NCBI GenBank assembly: GCA_005191425.1
Contig: SUPR01000004.1
Span: 1-32,000 of the forward strand
DNA from: Candidatus Helarchaeota ASGARD archaeon Hel_GB_B
GTDB taxonomy: Archaea > Asgardarchaeota > Lokiarchaeia > Helarchaeales > HEL-GB-B
Reading direction: 5' to 3'
Length of the DNA: 32,000 bases
Positions within the stretch are counted from its first letter, which is position 1; each line of letters opens with the position of its first letter. The notes under the pieces are model-generated. The model had not been told where the DNA came from. It saw only the letters and a list, made by a program, of their open reading frames with translations, and made no database searches. This document shows, one piece after another, positions 1 through 7,900 of this stretch. The translations under genes and the position numbers were made by a program.

Positions 1-490
1 TGTTTATTTTAATAAAAGTTTCATCGACAAAAATAAGTTTAGAGCCAAATTTGGAAGCCCACGCCATTTTTATCCGGACTGAATTATAAATTGAAGTCAT
101 TACCTTTTTCATTAATAATGAAATGGACGAATTACCGCATTTAAGCATAAATGAAAGTCCGGTTAAGTCCAATCTACCGCCATTACATAGTTTTATAATA
201 AATTTATTAATTAAACCCAAAATTTCGTTATGAAAATAACTGGTATGTGCATAAAAAGAACGTCCACAATCTTTACAAAAATATGTCTGGGACAGGGATT
301 TTTTAGATATGTCATGACCATTTTTCTTAATATTCAATGAAGAACACCCATTATTAGTATTTGGACAGAGGAATGGCACATCAAGAATGCCACTCGTACT
401 ATTAACACGGTATACTAACCTTTCATAATATTTATAGTTAAAGTCATCTTCTAAACCGCCCCGAAAACGTGCTAACCTCTTGTATATCAC
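1..490 (-). mobile_element. Partial DDE-type transposase, running off the left edge of the window; IS family not assigned
   Basis: Manual minus-strand translation is open and reads VIYKRLARFRGGLEDDFNYKYYERLVYRVNSTSGILDVPFLCPNTNNGCSSLNIKKNGHDISKKSLSQTYFCKDCGRSFYAHTSYFHNEILGLINKFIIKLCNGG..., then ...WASKFGSKLIFVDETFIKIN. It has an N-terminal Cys pair typical of a zinc ribbon (FCKDCG), followed by a WxxxFG...FVDETFIKI motif typical of the first catalytic Asp of IS DDE transposases. Start codon uncertain (GTG around 490). Confidence 0.6.
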
Positions 491-860
491 TAAATATATA
501 AAAATATTATCAAAAAATATATAATCGAAAAAATAGAATCAATATTTATATATTTTTGTCGAAAAGTGGAATTTGAAAAATCTCAATTAATTTTCAATTT
601 TATTTAAAATAAGGAAATAATTTATAAATAATTGTTTAATATTCAAAATAATATTTTAAAAAACGAAATTACCTATATTTTATAATATGAATGACATTTT
701 TATTAGTAAATATACAACAAAAAGTAAAAAAGGTTAGATATTTAAGAAATAATAAAAATGTTATTAAATCAATACAAATCTTGTATATTTTATTAAGAAA
801 AAATCAATATAGATTCAAAAAATTAATAAATTTAAAAAGCAAAGCAGAAAAGGGATTTAT

Positions 861-1808
861 TTGAGTTCTAATGAAAAAGGAAGTTTGACATCTATTCGAT
901 TTCATGCAAGAGGCGGTCAAGGAGGAGTCACAGCAGCTCAATTGGTGGTATATGCATACAATGGTCCTGCTAAATGTTTTCCAAGGTTCGGTGCTGAAAG
1001 AATGGGTTCTCCTACAGAAGCATTCACTAAAGTTTCTCAAGATGCGGAAGCTATAAGGTCCAATGAACAAGTTTATACTCCTCGATATGTTTGCATTTTA
1101 GATGATACAATTATAAATGATGTTTGCGTTACTAACGGTTTGGCACCGGGAGGTTGGCTAATAATCAATACTGTAAAAAATATTGATACATTAAAAAAGT
1201 TTATTGGTAGGTCAGACGTTAATTATGCACTCATTGATGCTACAGGGCTTGCTATTGAAATGCTAGGTAGGCCGATTACCAATACTGCAATTTTAGGTGC
1301 TTTATCTAAAGTATCTGGTTTATTCTCTATTAAAGATTTAGAAAAAGCTATTGAATTTCAATTTAGAGGTGATTTGGTCAAAAAAAATATTGATCTAGTA
1401 AAAGCAGTTTATGACAAAGTTCAAATTTATAAAGTAGATATTCCTTATGATTCTAAGAAAGCAGAGAAACCTAAATGGAATCACGTTGAAGTTGAATATC
1501 AAGGTGCTAAAGATTATGAAATTGGTGCTGTTTGGTATACTCAAGGAGCTTCTTTACAAGTAAATACCGGGTCATGGGGTGCTTATAAAATTCTCTATGA
1601 CCCAGACCATTGTATTCAATGCCAAAAATGTTTTTATGTATGTCCTGATATGGCAATTTTACGAGAAAAGCAATCTAATGGAGAGTGGCATATTGTAGGC
1701 ACGGACGCAAAACATTGTAAAGGATGTAGGTTATGTGTCGAAGTTTGTCCTGGAAAAGACGGGGTAAAAGCTAGATCTGCTAAATTAAAAGAGGAGGTAG
1801 AGTTTTAA
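861..1808 (+). CDS. porG: Pyruvate:ferredoxin oxidoreductase, fused gamma (PorG) and delta (PorD, 2x[4Fe-4S]) subunits
   Basis: N-terminal RFHARGGQGGVTAAQLVVYA...FPRFGAERMGSPTEAF is the classic PorG motif. C-terminal CIQCQKCFYVCPDMAI and CKGCRLCVEVCPG are two ferredoxin motifs (PorD). Start is TTG. Confidence 0.93.
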   Translation: MSSNEKGSLTSIRFHARGGQGGVTAAQLVVYAYNGPAKCFPRFGAERMGSPTEAFTKVSQDAEAIRSNEQVYTPRYVCILDDTIINDVCVTNGLAPGGWLIINTVKNIDTLKKFIGRSDVNYALIDATGLAIEMLGRPITNTAILGALSKVSGLFSIKDLEKAIEFQFRGDLVKKNIDLVKAVYDKVQIYKVDIPYDSKKAEKPKWNHVEVEYQGAKDYEIGAVWYTQGASLQVNTGSWGAYKILYDPDHCIQCQKCFYVCPDMAILREKQSNGEWHIVGTDAKHCKGCRLCVEVCPGKDGVKARSAKLKEEVEF

Positions 1809-3044
1809 ATGAGTGTTCAACCAATGGAACCATTTTTTAAAGAGATAAAAGAACCTATTGAATTAGCAATGACTGGAAATTATGCTGTTGCAGGTGGAGT
1901 CACCCAGACTGACCCTGATGTTATATGTGCATTTCCAATTACACCCCAAACACAATCAGTAGAAGGGTTATCAGATGTAATTTATAATGGACGTTTAAAA
2001 GCAGCATTTGTTAATGTTGAATCTGAGTTAGCAGCAATGAGTTTTAGTACAGCAGCTTGCGCTTCAGGAGCAAGGACATTTACCGCCACAGCAAGTCAAG
2101 GGTATATGTTAATGATGGAAGCACTACCAATGGCAGTGGGCTGGCGAGTTCCATTAACTATGCTAATCTCAGCTAGGGCATTTAACGCACCCAATCTAAG
2201 CATCTGGAATGCTTGGGAATTCACATTGGCAGATTTGGGTTGGAATACAATTGTCGCAGAAAACGTTCAAGAAACTTATGATAATTCGATAATTTCTGTA
2301 ATGATTGCTGAAAAAACACTTTTTCCTACTATGTTTGTCCACGATGGATTCATTATCTCGCATGCAGTCCATAAATTTATTACATTAGCTGATGAACAAG
2401 TACGAAAATTAACACCTCAATTAAAAAGACATGTAATTACCCCTGAAAAACCTGGCTTATGGGGCTCTCTTGTTACTCCTGAGCAATTAATGGAACAAAG
2501 ATTAGCAATCGACCTTGCAAAAAAAGAAGTACCCCCTAAAATTGATGAAGCTTTTAAGGAATTTGGTAAAGAAACTGGAAGATATTATAATCAAATCGAG
2601 ACAAATAAATGTGATGGCGCAAAAGTCGCAATTATTTCTATGGGGTCAGTTTGCGGTAATATCGCATCATGGCAAGACAAAAACCCAGGAATTGGATTAA
2701 TTAAAATCAGAACATACCGTCCGTTCCCGACATTTCAACTTCGTAAAATTATTGAAGATTGTGGTATAGAAAAAGTCGCAATTATAGAGAAATTTGATGC
2801 TCCGGGTGCACCACTTGCTCAAGTAGGATCTAGCGTTATACCTGCCTTATACCCATTAGGAATACCCATAAAAGATTTTATAGCTGGATACGGTGGCAGA
2901 GATATAACAAAAGACGAATTTGACTTGATTAAAAGAAAAATGGACAAAGTGACTGGTATTCCATCTCAATTTTACGAATATATTGGTGTTAGAGAGTCTA
3001 AAGGAAAATTATGGGATCCAAACCCGATGGAGGTTTCAAAATGA
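1809..3044 (+). CDS. porA: Pyruvate:ferredoxin oxidoreductase alpha subunit
   Basis: MTGNYAVAGGVTQTDPDVICAFPITPQTQSVEGLS...NVESELAAMSFSTAACASGARTFTATASQGYMLMMEALP is typical PorA. Operonic with the preceding ORF. Confidence 0.95.
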   Translation: MSVQPMEPFFKEIKEPIELAMTGNYAVAGGVTQTDPDVICAFPITPQTQSVEGLSDVIYNGRLKAAFVNVESELAAMSFSTAACASGARTFTATASQGYMLMMEALPMAVGWRVPLTMLISARAFNAPNLSIWNAWEFTLADLGWNTIVAENVQETYDNSIISVMIAEKTLFPTMFVHDGFIISHAVHKFITLADEQVRKLTPQLKRHVITPEKPGLWGSLVTPEQLMEQRLAIDLAKKEVPPKIDEAFKEFGKETGRYYNQIETNKCDGAKVAIISMGSVCGNIASWQDKNPGIGLIKIRTYRPFPTFQLRKIIEDCGIEKVAIIEKFDAPGAPLAQVGSSVIPALYPLGIPIKDFIAGYGGRDITKDEFDLIKRKMDKVTGIPSQFYEYIGVRESKGKLWDPNPMEVSK

Positions 3045-4129
3045 GCGAAAGTAAAAAATCTGAAGTTGTAAAAATAGATGACCTGTTAAAAAAAGACTCA
3101 CATAATTATTTTCTCTATATTAACTATGACAATGAAGCGTTTATGAATACGGGAATTCAAGAATCTGGTTCCACACCCCCATTCGCATCAACGACAACAG
3201 GACCTGGTGGCAAAAAAATTAAGGGAAAAATCGGAATTAAACAAGATATCATCAATTCGCTCGTTTTCTTAGGGTATAAAAGTGGGTTTTTTGCAACTGC
3301 AAATCCAGCATACCCTGTTGATTTAATAGGAAAAGTCGTAGAAGCAATGAAAACTCCGGGCTGTGGCTTTATTCATATAATTTCTCCATGTATGCGTGGA
3401 TGGCGATACCCAGAAAACCAAACTTATACAATATCAAAACTTGCAACAGAATCTGGCTATTTTCCTTTATTTTCTATTCATGTTAAAGATGGAAGACCTA
3501 CATATGCTCTTAATAGGAAAATAAATACAGATAAAGAAAAATTATTCAAATTTATTTCAATGATGGGTAAATATAGACATTTATTTAAACCTGACAAACT
3601 TGATTTCAACCTCGATTCTATTTATAACAGTGTCTTACGACGGAACCAAAACATTCTCGATCTAGTCGATAAATTTAAAGGCAAATCGGAAATTCGGGTA
3701 TATTCAGGAAAATTATCTAGATTTCCAAACCAAGAACATATTTGTGGTGGACATGGATTATGCCTTGGGTGCGGTGAAGGTGAAATTATAAATCAAGTAG
3801 CAATTGCTGCTCAAATGGTCGCTGGAAAAAATGTAATTTATACAAACGCTACTAGTTGTCTAGAAGTTTCAACATCAAAAGACAATTTAGGTTCATGGAA
3901 AGTTCCATGGGTACACCATCTATTTGAAACAGCTGCTACTGTAGCTGATGGGATATCAACTGCTTATAGAATTTTAAAATCAAAAAATAAATATAAAGGA
4001 GACCTTCCATATATAATTGCATTAGGCGGAGACGGTGGCACCTTCGACATCGGTTTTCAATTCTTAAAAAGTGCTCTCGTACGATCTGGAACTTGGGGTA
4101 TAATGAATGATCTTCTTGCTGAAAAATAA
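3041..4129 (+). CDS. porB: Pyruvate:ferredoxin oxidoreductase beta subunit, apparently circularly permuted
   Basis: Contains NYDNEAFMNTGIQESGSTPPFASTTT...ATANPAYPVDLIGKVVEAMKTPGCGFIHIISPCMRGWRYP (normally the C-terminal half). This is followed by HGLCLGCGEGEIINQ...NATSCLEVST...WKVPWVHHLFETAATVADG...GGDGGTFDIGFQFLKSAL (normally the N-terminal half). The ATGA overlap with porA supports start 3041 rather than the tracked 3011. Confidence 0.9.
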   Translation: MSESKKSEVVKIDDLLKKDSHNYFLYINYDNEAFMNTGIQESGSTPPFASTTTGPGGKKIKGKIGIKQDIINSLVFLGYKSGFFATANPAYPVDLIGKVVEAMKTPGCGFIHIISPCMRGWRYPENQTYTISKLATESGYFPLFSIHVKDGRPTYALNRKINTDKEKLFKFISMMGKYRHLFKPDKLDFNLDSIYNSVLRRNQNILDLVDKFKGKSEIRVYSGKLSRFPNQEHICGGHGLCLGCGEGEIINQVAIAAQMVAGKNVIYTNATSCLEVSTSKDNLGSWKVPWVHHLFETAATVADGISTAYRILKSKNKYKGDLPYIIALGGDGGTFDIGFQFLKSALVRSGTWGIMNDLLAEK

Positions 4130-4154
4130 AATAATTAATAATATACCATTTTTT

Positions 4155-4661
4155 TTATGTTAAATTATTTATTATATCATTATATGACATAGTTTTATTA
4201 CAATACATGCATTCTATTTCTAATGGATTTTTTCTCTTTAATTTATAATGTGTTTTTACTGGTTCATTACTGTTTGTGATACAATTTGGGTTTATACATT
4301 TAATATTAACATCAGTTATTTCATCAGGTAGTTCAACTCTTTTTTTACTTACTACATTCATATTTCTTATAATGCTAATAGTGGCTTCAGGTGATATTAA
4401 AGCAATAACATTAATTTCATTCGGGTCTAATTCTCTGTTTTCAATTTTCACAACATCTTTATATCCAGTTTCTAATTTTCCAGAGGGGACATTCATTGCA
4501 ACAGAGATTATATTGCCTTCTTTTCCAGTTATTTTCAATATCCTCAATACATATAGCGCATTTCCCGGATTAATGTGGTCAATAACAGTACCTTCCTTAA
4601 TCTTTCTAATTCTTAAAGATTCCTCTAAATCATTTTGTACCATTTTCAAACTTCCTTTCAT
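4155..4661 (-). CDS. pyrI: Aspartate carbamoyltransferase regulatory subunit
   Basis: IKEGTVIDHINPGNALYVLRIL...VAMNVPSGKLETGYKDVVKIENREL...IALISPEATISIIRNMNVVSKKRVELPDEI...CINPNCITNSNEPVKTHYKL...CMYCNKTM, including the zinc-site Cys residues. Confidence 0.95.
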   Translation of the reverse strand: MKGSLKMVQNDLEESLRIRKIKEGTVIDHINPGNALYVLRILKITGKEGNIISVAMNVPSGKLETGYKDVVKIENRELDPNEINVIALISPEATISIIRNMNVVSKKRVELPDEITDVNIKCINPNCITNSNEPVKTHYKLKRKNPLEIECMYCNKTMSYNDIINNLT

Positions 4662-4715
4662 GAGTATAAATTAAAGTTAAAATTAAAATTATAAATAATT
4701 ATCTTATTATTAAAA

Positions 4716-5342
4716 ATGATTAAATTGAATAAAGAATTTTTTATGAAAATAGGTATAATTGGGTTTATTGGATCAATTATATTATATGTTATCACATTTT
4801 TTATACCTTATTTAAGTGATTTAGAGATCATCATATATGATATTTTAATACTAATATTTGGACTAAGTGTTTCTATTTCATTATACCTATTAAGTGAAAA
4901 ATTTGGAAGGAATGGAATCAAAATCGCTTCTATTTGTATTATAGATACGATAATTATTAGTGTAATTAGTGAATTAACATATAATATAAATAAACCGCCT
5001 TTTTACTCACTTGAATATTATAATGCTTTAAGCTTTATTTATGGGCTTGGAGTTGTAAACTTTTTTCTATACATTATTACTTCTATGAGTTTTGGGTTCT
5101 CTGTACTATCTATTGGGCGTGATTATTCAAGTAAATTTTTACAAATATCTGCTATTCTCTGGTTTATTGAAATGATCGTTTCATTTTTCATTTCATTTTT
5201 TTCATACCTAATAATTTTTAGATGGGTCGTCTATGGTATTACAAGTTTTTGCATTTTGATTATGATTAAAATTAACCCATTATCTAAAGAAAAAAGTTCT
5301 GATAAAATAAAAATTAAAATAGGATTCGAGAAAAATAAGTGA
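4716..5342 (+). CDS. Multi-pass membrane protein of unknown function
   Basis: 208-aa ORF with about six hydrophobic segments; overlaps the start of the following GTPase gene. Confidence 0.75.
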   Translation: MIKLNKEFFMKIGIIGFIGSIILYVITFFIPYLSDLEIIIYDILILIFGLSVSISLYLLSEKFGRNGIKIASICIIDTIIISVISELTYNINKPPFYSLEYYNALSFIYGLGVVNFFLYIITSMSFGFSVLSIGRDYSSKFLQISAILWFIEMIVSFFISFFSYLIIFRWVVYGITSFCILIMIKINPLSKEKSSDKIKIKIGFEKNK

Positions 5343-6550
5343 AAATTATGCTAATTGGAATTGTAGGAAAACCTAATTGTGGAAAAACAACATTTCTTAA
5401 TGCTGCTTGTCTAACCTCTGCGAAAGTAGCAAATTATCCATTCACTACTATTGAACCAAATCTTGGAAAAGCTTATGTTAGAAAAAATTGTGTTTGTAAA
5501 GAATTAAATATTAAAGATAACCCTAAAAATTCTTTATGTATTGATGGTATTCGATTAATACCAATCGATCTGTTGGATGTTGCGGGGCTTGTCCCAGACG
5601 CTTGGAAAGGAAGAGGTCTTGGTAATAAATTCCTCGATGATTTAAGAAGAGCTGATGCACTTATTCATGTAATCGATGCCTCTGGCTCTACAGATTCAGA
5701 AGGAAAACCAGTTGAACCAGGTAGTTGGGATCCTCTAAATGATGTTATATTCTTAGAAAAAGAAATTACTTATTGGTTTAATAATATTGTAAACAGAGAT
5801 TGGCAGAAATTTGTTAGGACGCTAAAAGCTGAAAAAATATCTTTCGTCGATAAAATGTGTGACCGCCTCTCTGGACTGTCTATTAAACGAAAACATGTAG
5901 TCCAAGCATTAAAAGAGGCTAATTTGAACCCGGACAAACTTTCTGAATGGACTGAAGACGATATTTTTTCATTTTCGGACGCATTAAGAAAAATTTCAAA
6001 GCCCATGTTAATATTAGCAAATAAAGGTGATCAAAATACAGCTAAAAAAAATATTAAACGATTGCAAGAGTCGACAAATTATATTGTTATTCCTGGATGC
6101 GCTTTAGGCGAATATTGGCTACGAAAATATGCTGAAAAAGGACAAATCAAATATATTCCGGGCGATCCTGAATTTGAAATTTTGAACCCAAATTCGTTTT
6201 CAAAACAAGAACTTGAAATATTAAATAATCTTAAAGCTTATATGAAGGAAAACGGGTCAACCGGAGTCCAGAAAGCTTTAGACACTGCTGTTTTTGAATT
6301 ATTAGATATGATAACTGTATTCCCTGTTCATAACCCATCAAATTTTACAGATAAAGATAATAATGTCTTACCAGATGTCTATCTTGTTAAAAATGGGACA
6401 AATATTAAAGAATTCGCAGGAAAAATTCATACTGACCTTCAACAATCTTTTTTACATGGAATTAACGCTCGGACTAAACAACGATTAGGCGAAGGATATA
6501 TCCTTCACGACCGAGATATCGTTAAAATCGTTTCAATAAAAGGGACATGA
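5339..6550 (+). CDS. ychF: YchF/OLA1-type (Obg-related) GTPase, archaeal form with C-terminal TGS-like region
   Basis: [17 protein letters not shown] (P-loop), [56 protein letters not shown] start at 5339 (GTGA overlap) or ATG at 5348. Confidence 0.93.
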   Translation: MKIMLIGIVGKPNCGKTTFLNAACLTSAKVANYPFTTIEPNLGKAYVRKNCVCKELNIKDNPKNSLCIDGIRLIPIDLLDVAGLVPDAWKGRGLGNKFLDDLRRADALIHVIDASGSTDSEGKPVEPGSWDPLNDVIFLEKEITYWFNNIVNRDWQKFVRTLKAEKISFVDKMCDRLSGLSIKRKHVVQALKEANLNPDKLSEWTEDDIFSFSDALRKISKPMLILANKGDQNTAKKNIKRLQESTNYIVIPGCALGEYWLRKYAEKGQIKYIPGDPEFEILNPNSFSKQELEILNNLKAYMKENGSTGVQKALDTAVFELLDMITVFPVHNPSNFTDKDNNVLPDVYLVKNGTNIKEFAGKIHTDLQQSFLHGINARTKQRLGEGYILHDRDIVKIVSIKGT

Positions 6551-6649
6551 CTATATTGTCTTATCTATAATTAGTTAAAGTTTGATCTTATAATATTTTT
6601 TTAAAAAATCTAAAATTACTTTATCATAAATAACAAAGACTATCATTTT

Positions 6650-7009
6650 TCACTTATTTCTGTATTTTTTTTCATAATATCCCGGTTCTTTCTTAGTACC
6701 GAATGACCTCACACCATATAATAATAATTGGGTTTTAAGTTCATTTGCATAATTTTGGTCTATTTCGCCTCGTTTTAGACAATAATTTATAATTTCTATA
6801 GCTTGGCCATCAGTATCTGCCCGCCTAATAAACGATATCACATCAGGATTTTGTAATTCATCAGGTATTTTGTTATCTTCTGAATTATCTGAAGTTTCTT
6901 TTGACCTAATACTTCTTATTGTTAAATTACTTTTATTTTCTAAAATTTCCTTCAATAAATTTGGAAATTCTTTTTTAAATTTCTCTTCATCGTCTGATAT
7001 TCTGCTCAC
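6650..7009 (-). CDS. Conserved archaeal hypothetical protein, possibly DUF2095-like
   Basis: 119-aa ORF ...EEKFKKEFPNLLKEI...PDVISFIRRADTDGQAIEIINYCLKRGEIDQNYANELKTQLLLYGVRSFG. Family assignment is from memory only. Confidence 0.6.
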   Translation of the reverse strand: MSRISDDEEKFKKEFPNLLKEILENKSNLTIRSIRSKETSDNSEDNKIPDELQNPDVISFIRRADTDGQAIEIINYCLKRGEIDQNYANELKTQLLLYGVRSFGTKKEPGYYEKKYRNK

Positions 7010-7295
7010 CTTGCTTTAATTTTTCTATTTCTTTCCCCACAGGCCAGTAAATTAAAAATAAAATAACTATTCCGCTTACTATAAACAAAATCATAACTGG
7101 AATATACGGAAAAGTGAGAAATAACCCGACTATTATAATAATTATCAAAATATACACTGCATTTTTTACTCTGTTTAATATATGCAAAAATTCTTTTTCT
7201 ATTTTCTGCTTTATTTCTAATTCTTTATTTTGTAGCTCTTCAATTGCTTTCTTTTTCTGTTTCCAAGATTTAGTCGATTTCTTTTGAGTTGCCAT
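6987..7295 (-). CDS. Small protein with N-terminal basic/coiled-coil region and two transmembrane helices
   Basis: 102-aa ORF overlapping the next minus-strand ORF; hydrophobic stretch NAVYILIIIIIVGLFLTFPYIPVMILFIVSGIVILFLIYWP. Confidence 0.6.
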   Translation of the reverse strand: MATQKKSTKSWKQKKKAIEELQNKELEIKQKIEKEFLHILNRVKNAVYILIIIIIVGLFLTFPYIPVMILFIVSGIVILFLIYWPVGKEIEKLKQGEQNIRR

Positions 7296-7647
7296 TATTG
7301 ATCACTTTTTTACTTAAAATAATATTAGACTTCACAATATAAAAAATTGTAAAATCATGTTTAACCATTAAATTTGATTTTTACTTAATAATTCTATTTT
7401 AATTACAGAATAATAAATTTTTTAAACAATTAATTTCTCGAGATTTTAGAGAATTTATTTCTTAGATTTGTCAATTAAAAACCTAATTTTAATGAATTTT
7501 AATTTAATTCAATTTAATTTAATTTTTTTGATTTAAATTTCAAGAAAATTCGCTGGTTTAATTTATAAATTTGGAATAAACTGAAATGATGTGTTTTTAA
7601 ATAATTAATGTTTCCACAAAATTTAATAATTTAAACAAAAAATAAAA

Positions 7648-7718
7648 ATCGGGTAGCTCTTGCAAGAGCTGGTATCTATTGGCTTAGTTTTCATCCAATA
7701 GAATCATTCCAACCCGAT
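7648..7718 (-). promoter_or_regulatory. Candidate SECIS element in the 3' UTR of the vhuU-like selenoprotein gene
   Basis: Minus-strand RNA AUCGGGU-UGGAAUGAU-UCUAUUGG-AUGAAAACUAAG-CCAAUAGA-UACC-AGCUCUUGCAAGAGCU-ACCCGAU. It has a 7-bp closing stem, an 8-bp hairpin and a perfect 16-nt palindrome. It starts 18 nt after the stop codon of a UGA-containing ORF. Confidence 0.65.
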
Positions 7719-7736
7719 AATATTTCTGTCAGGAAC

Positions 7737-7883
7737 TTATTCGGTTCCAATCTTGATCTCACGCGAAATAATTTCATTGCCTTCAGAATCTAAAATAGCA
7801 AGATGTGCACTACATGAAAGTCAGTTATCGTAAGATCTTATTACCATCTCAAAGATATTAAGAAATTTTTCATCAATTGGCAT
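7737..7883 (-). CDS. vhuU: VhuU-like selenocysteine-containing C-terminal fragment subunit of [NiFe] hydrogenase; in-frame UGA at 7821-7823
   Basis: Manual translation: MPIDEKFLNIFEMVIRSYDNULSCSAHLAILDSEGNEIISREIKIGTE*. DNULSCSAH matches the hydrogenase large-subunit L2 motif DPCxxCxxH, with Cys1 replaced by Sec. A GGTGAT ribosome-binding-like site precedes the ATG. Directly downstream of a large subunit lacking that motif. Not in the ORF track because of the UGA. Confidence 0.88.
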
Positions 7884-7900
7884 AAATTATCACCTTAAAT

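Noticed and set aside
804-1070. Minus-strand 88-aa ORF over porG
   Set aside because: Antisense to the strongly supported PorG domain; no recognisable motif.
3041-4129. PorB as two fused partial pseudogenes
   Set aside because: Both halves are full-length and in frame, together they contain each canonical motif exactly once, and the gene has tight ATGA coupling with porA. Permutation is more economical, though misassembly still needs exclusion.
7440-7540. AATTTAATTC/AATTTAATTT repetitive stretch as a repeat array or CRISPR remnant
   Set aside because: It is simple AT-rich low-complexity sequence without regular spacing or unique spacers.
7648-7718. The vhuU downstream structure as a tRNA or plain intrinsic terminator
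   Set aside because: It lacks acceptor, anticodon and T-arm features, and the multi-branched structure next to a UGA-containing ORF fits SECIS better. A terminator role in addition cannot be excluded because a U-rich tract follows.
7821-7823. The in-frame TGA as a simple nonsense mutation or pseudogene in a hydrogenase fragment
   Set aside because: The residue is exactly the first nickel-ligand Cys position, the reading frame, start and ribosome-binding site are intact, the preceding large subunit ends naturally, and a structured 3' UTR follows. Selenocysteine explains everything.
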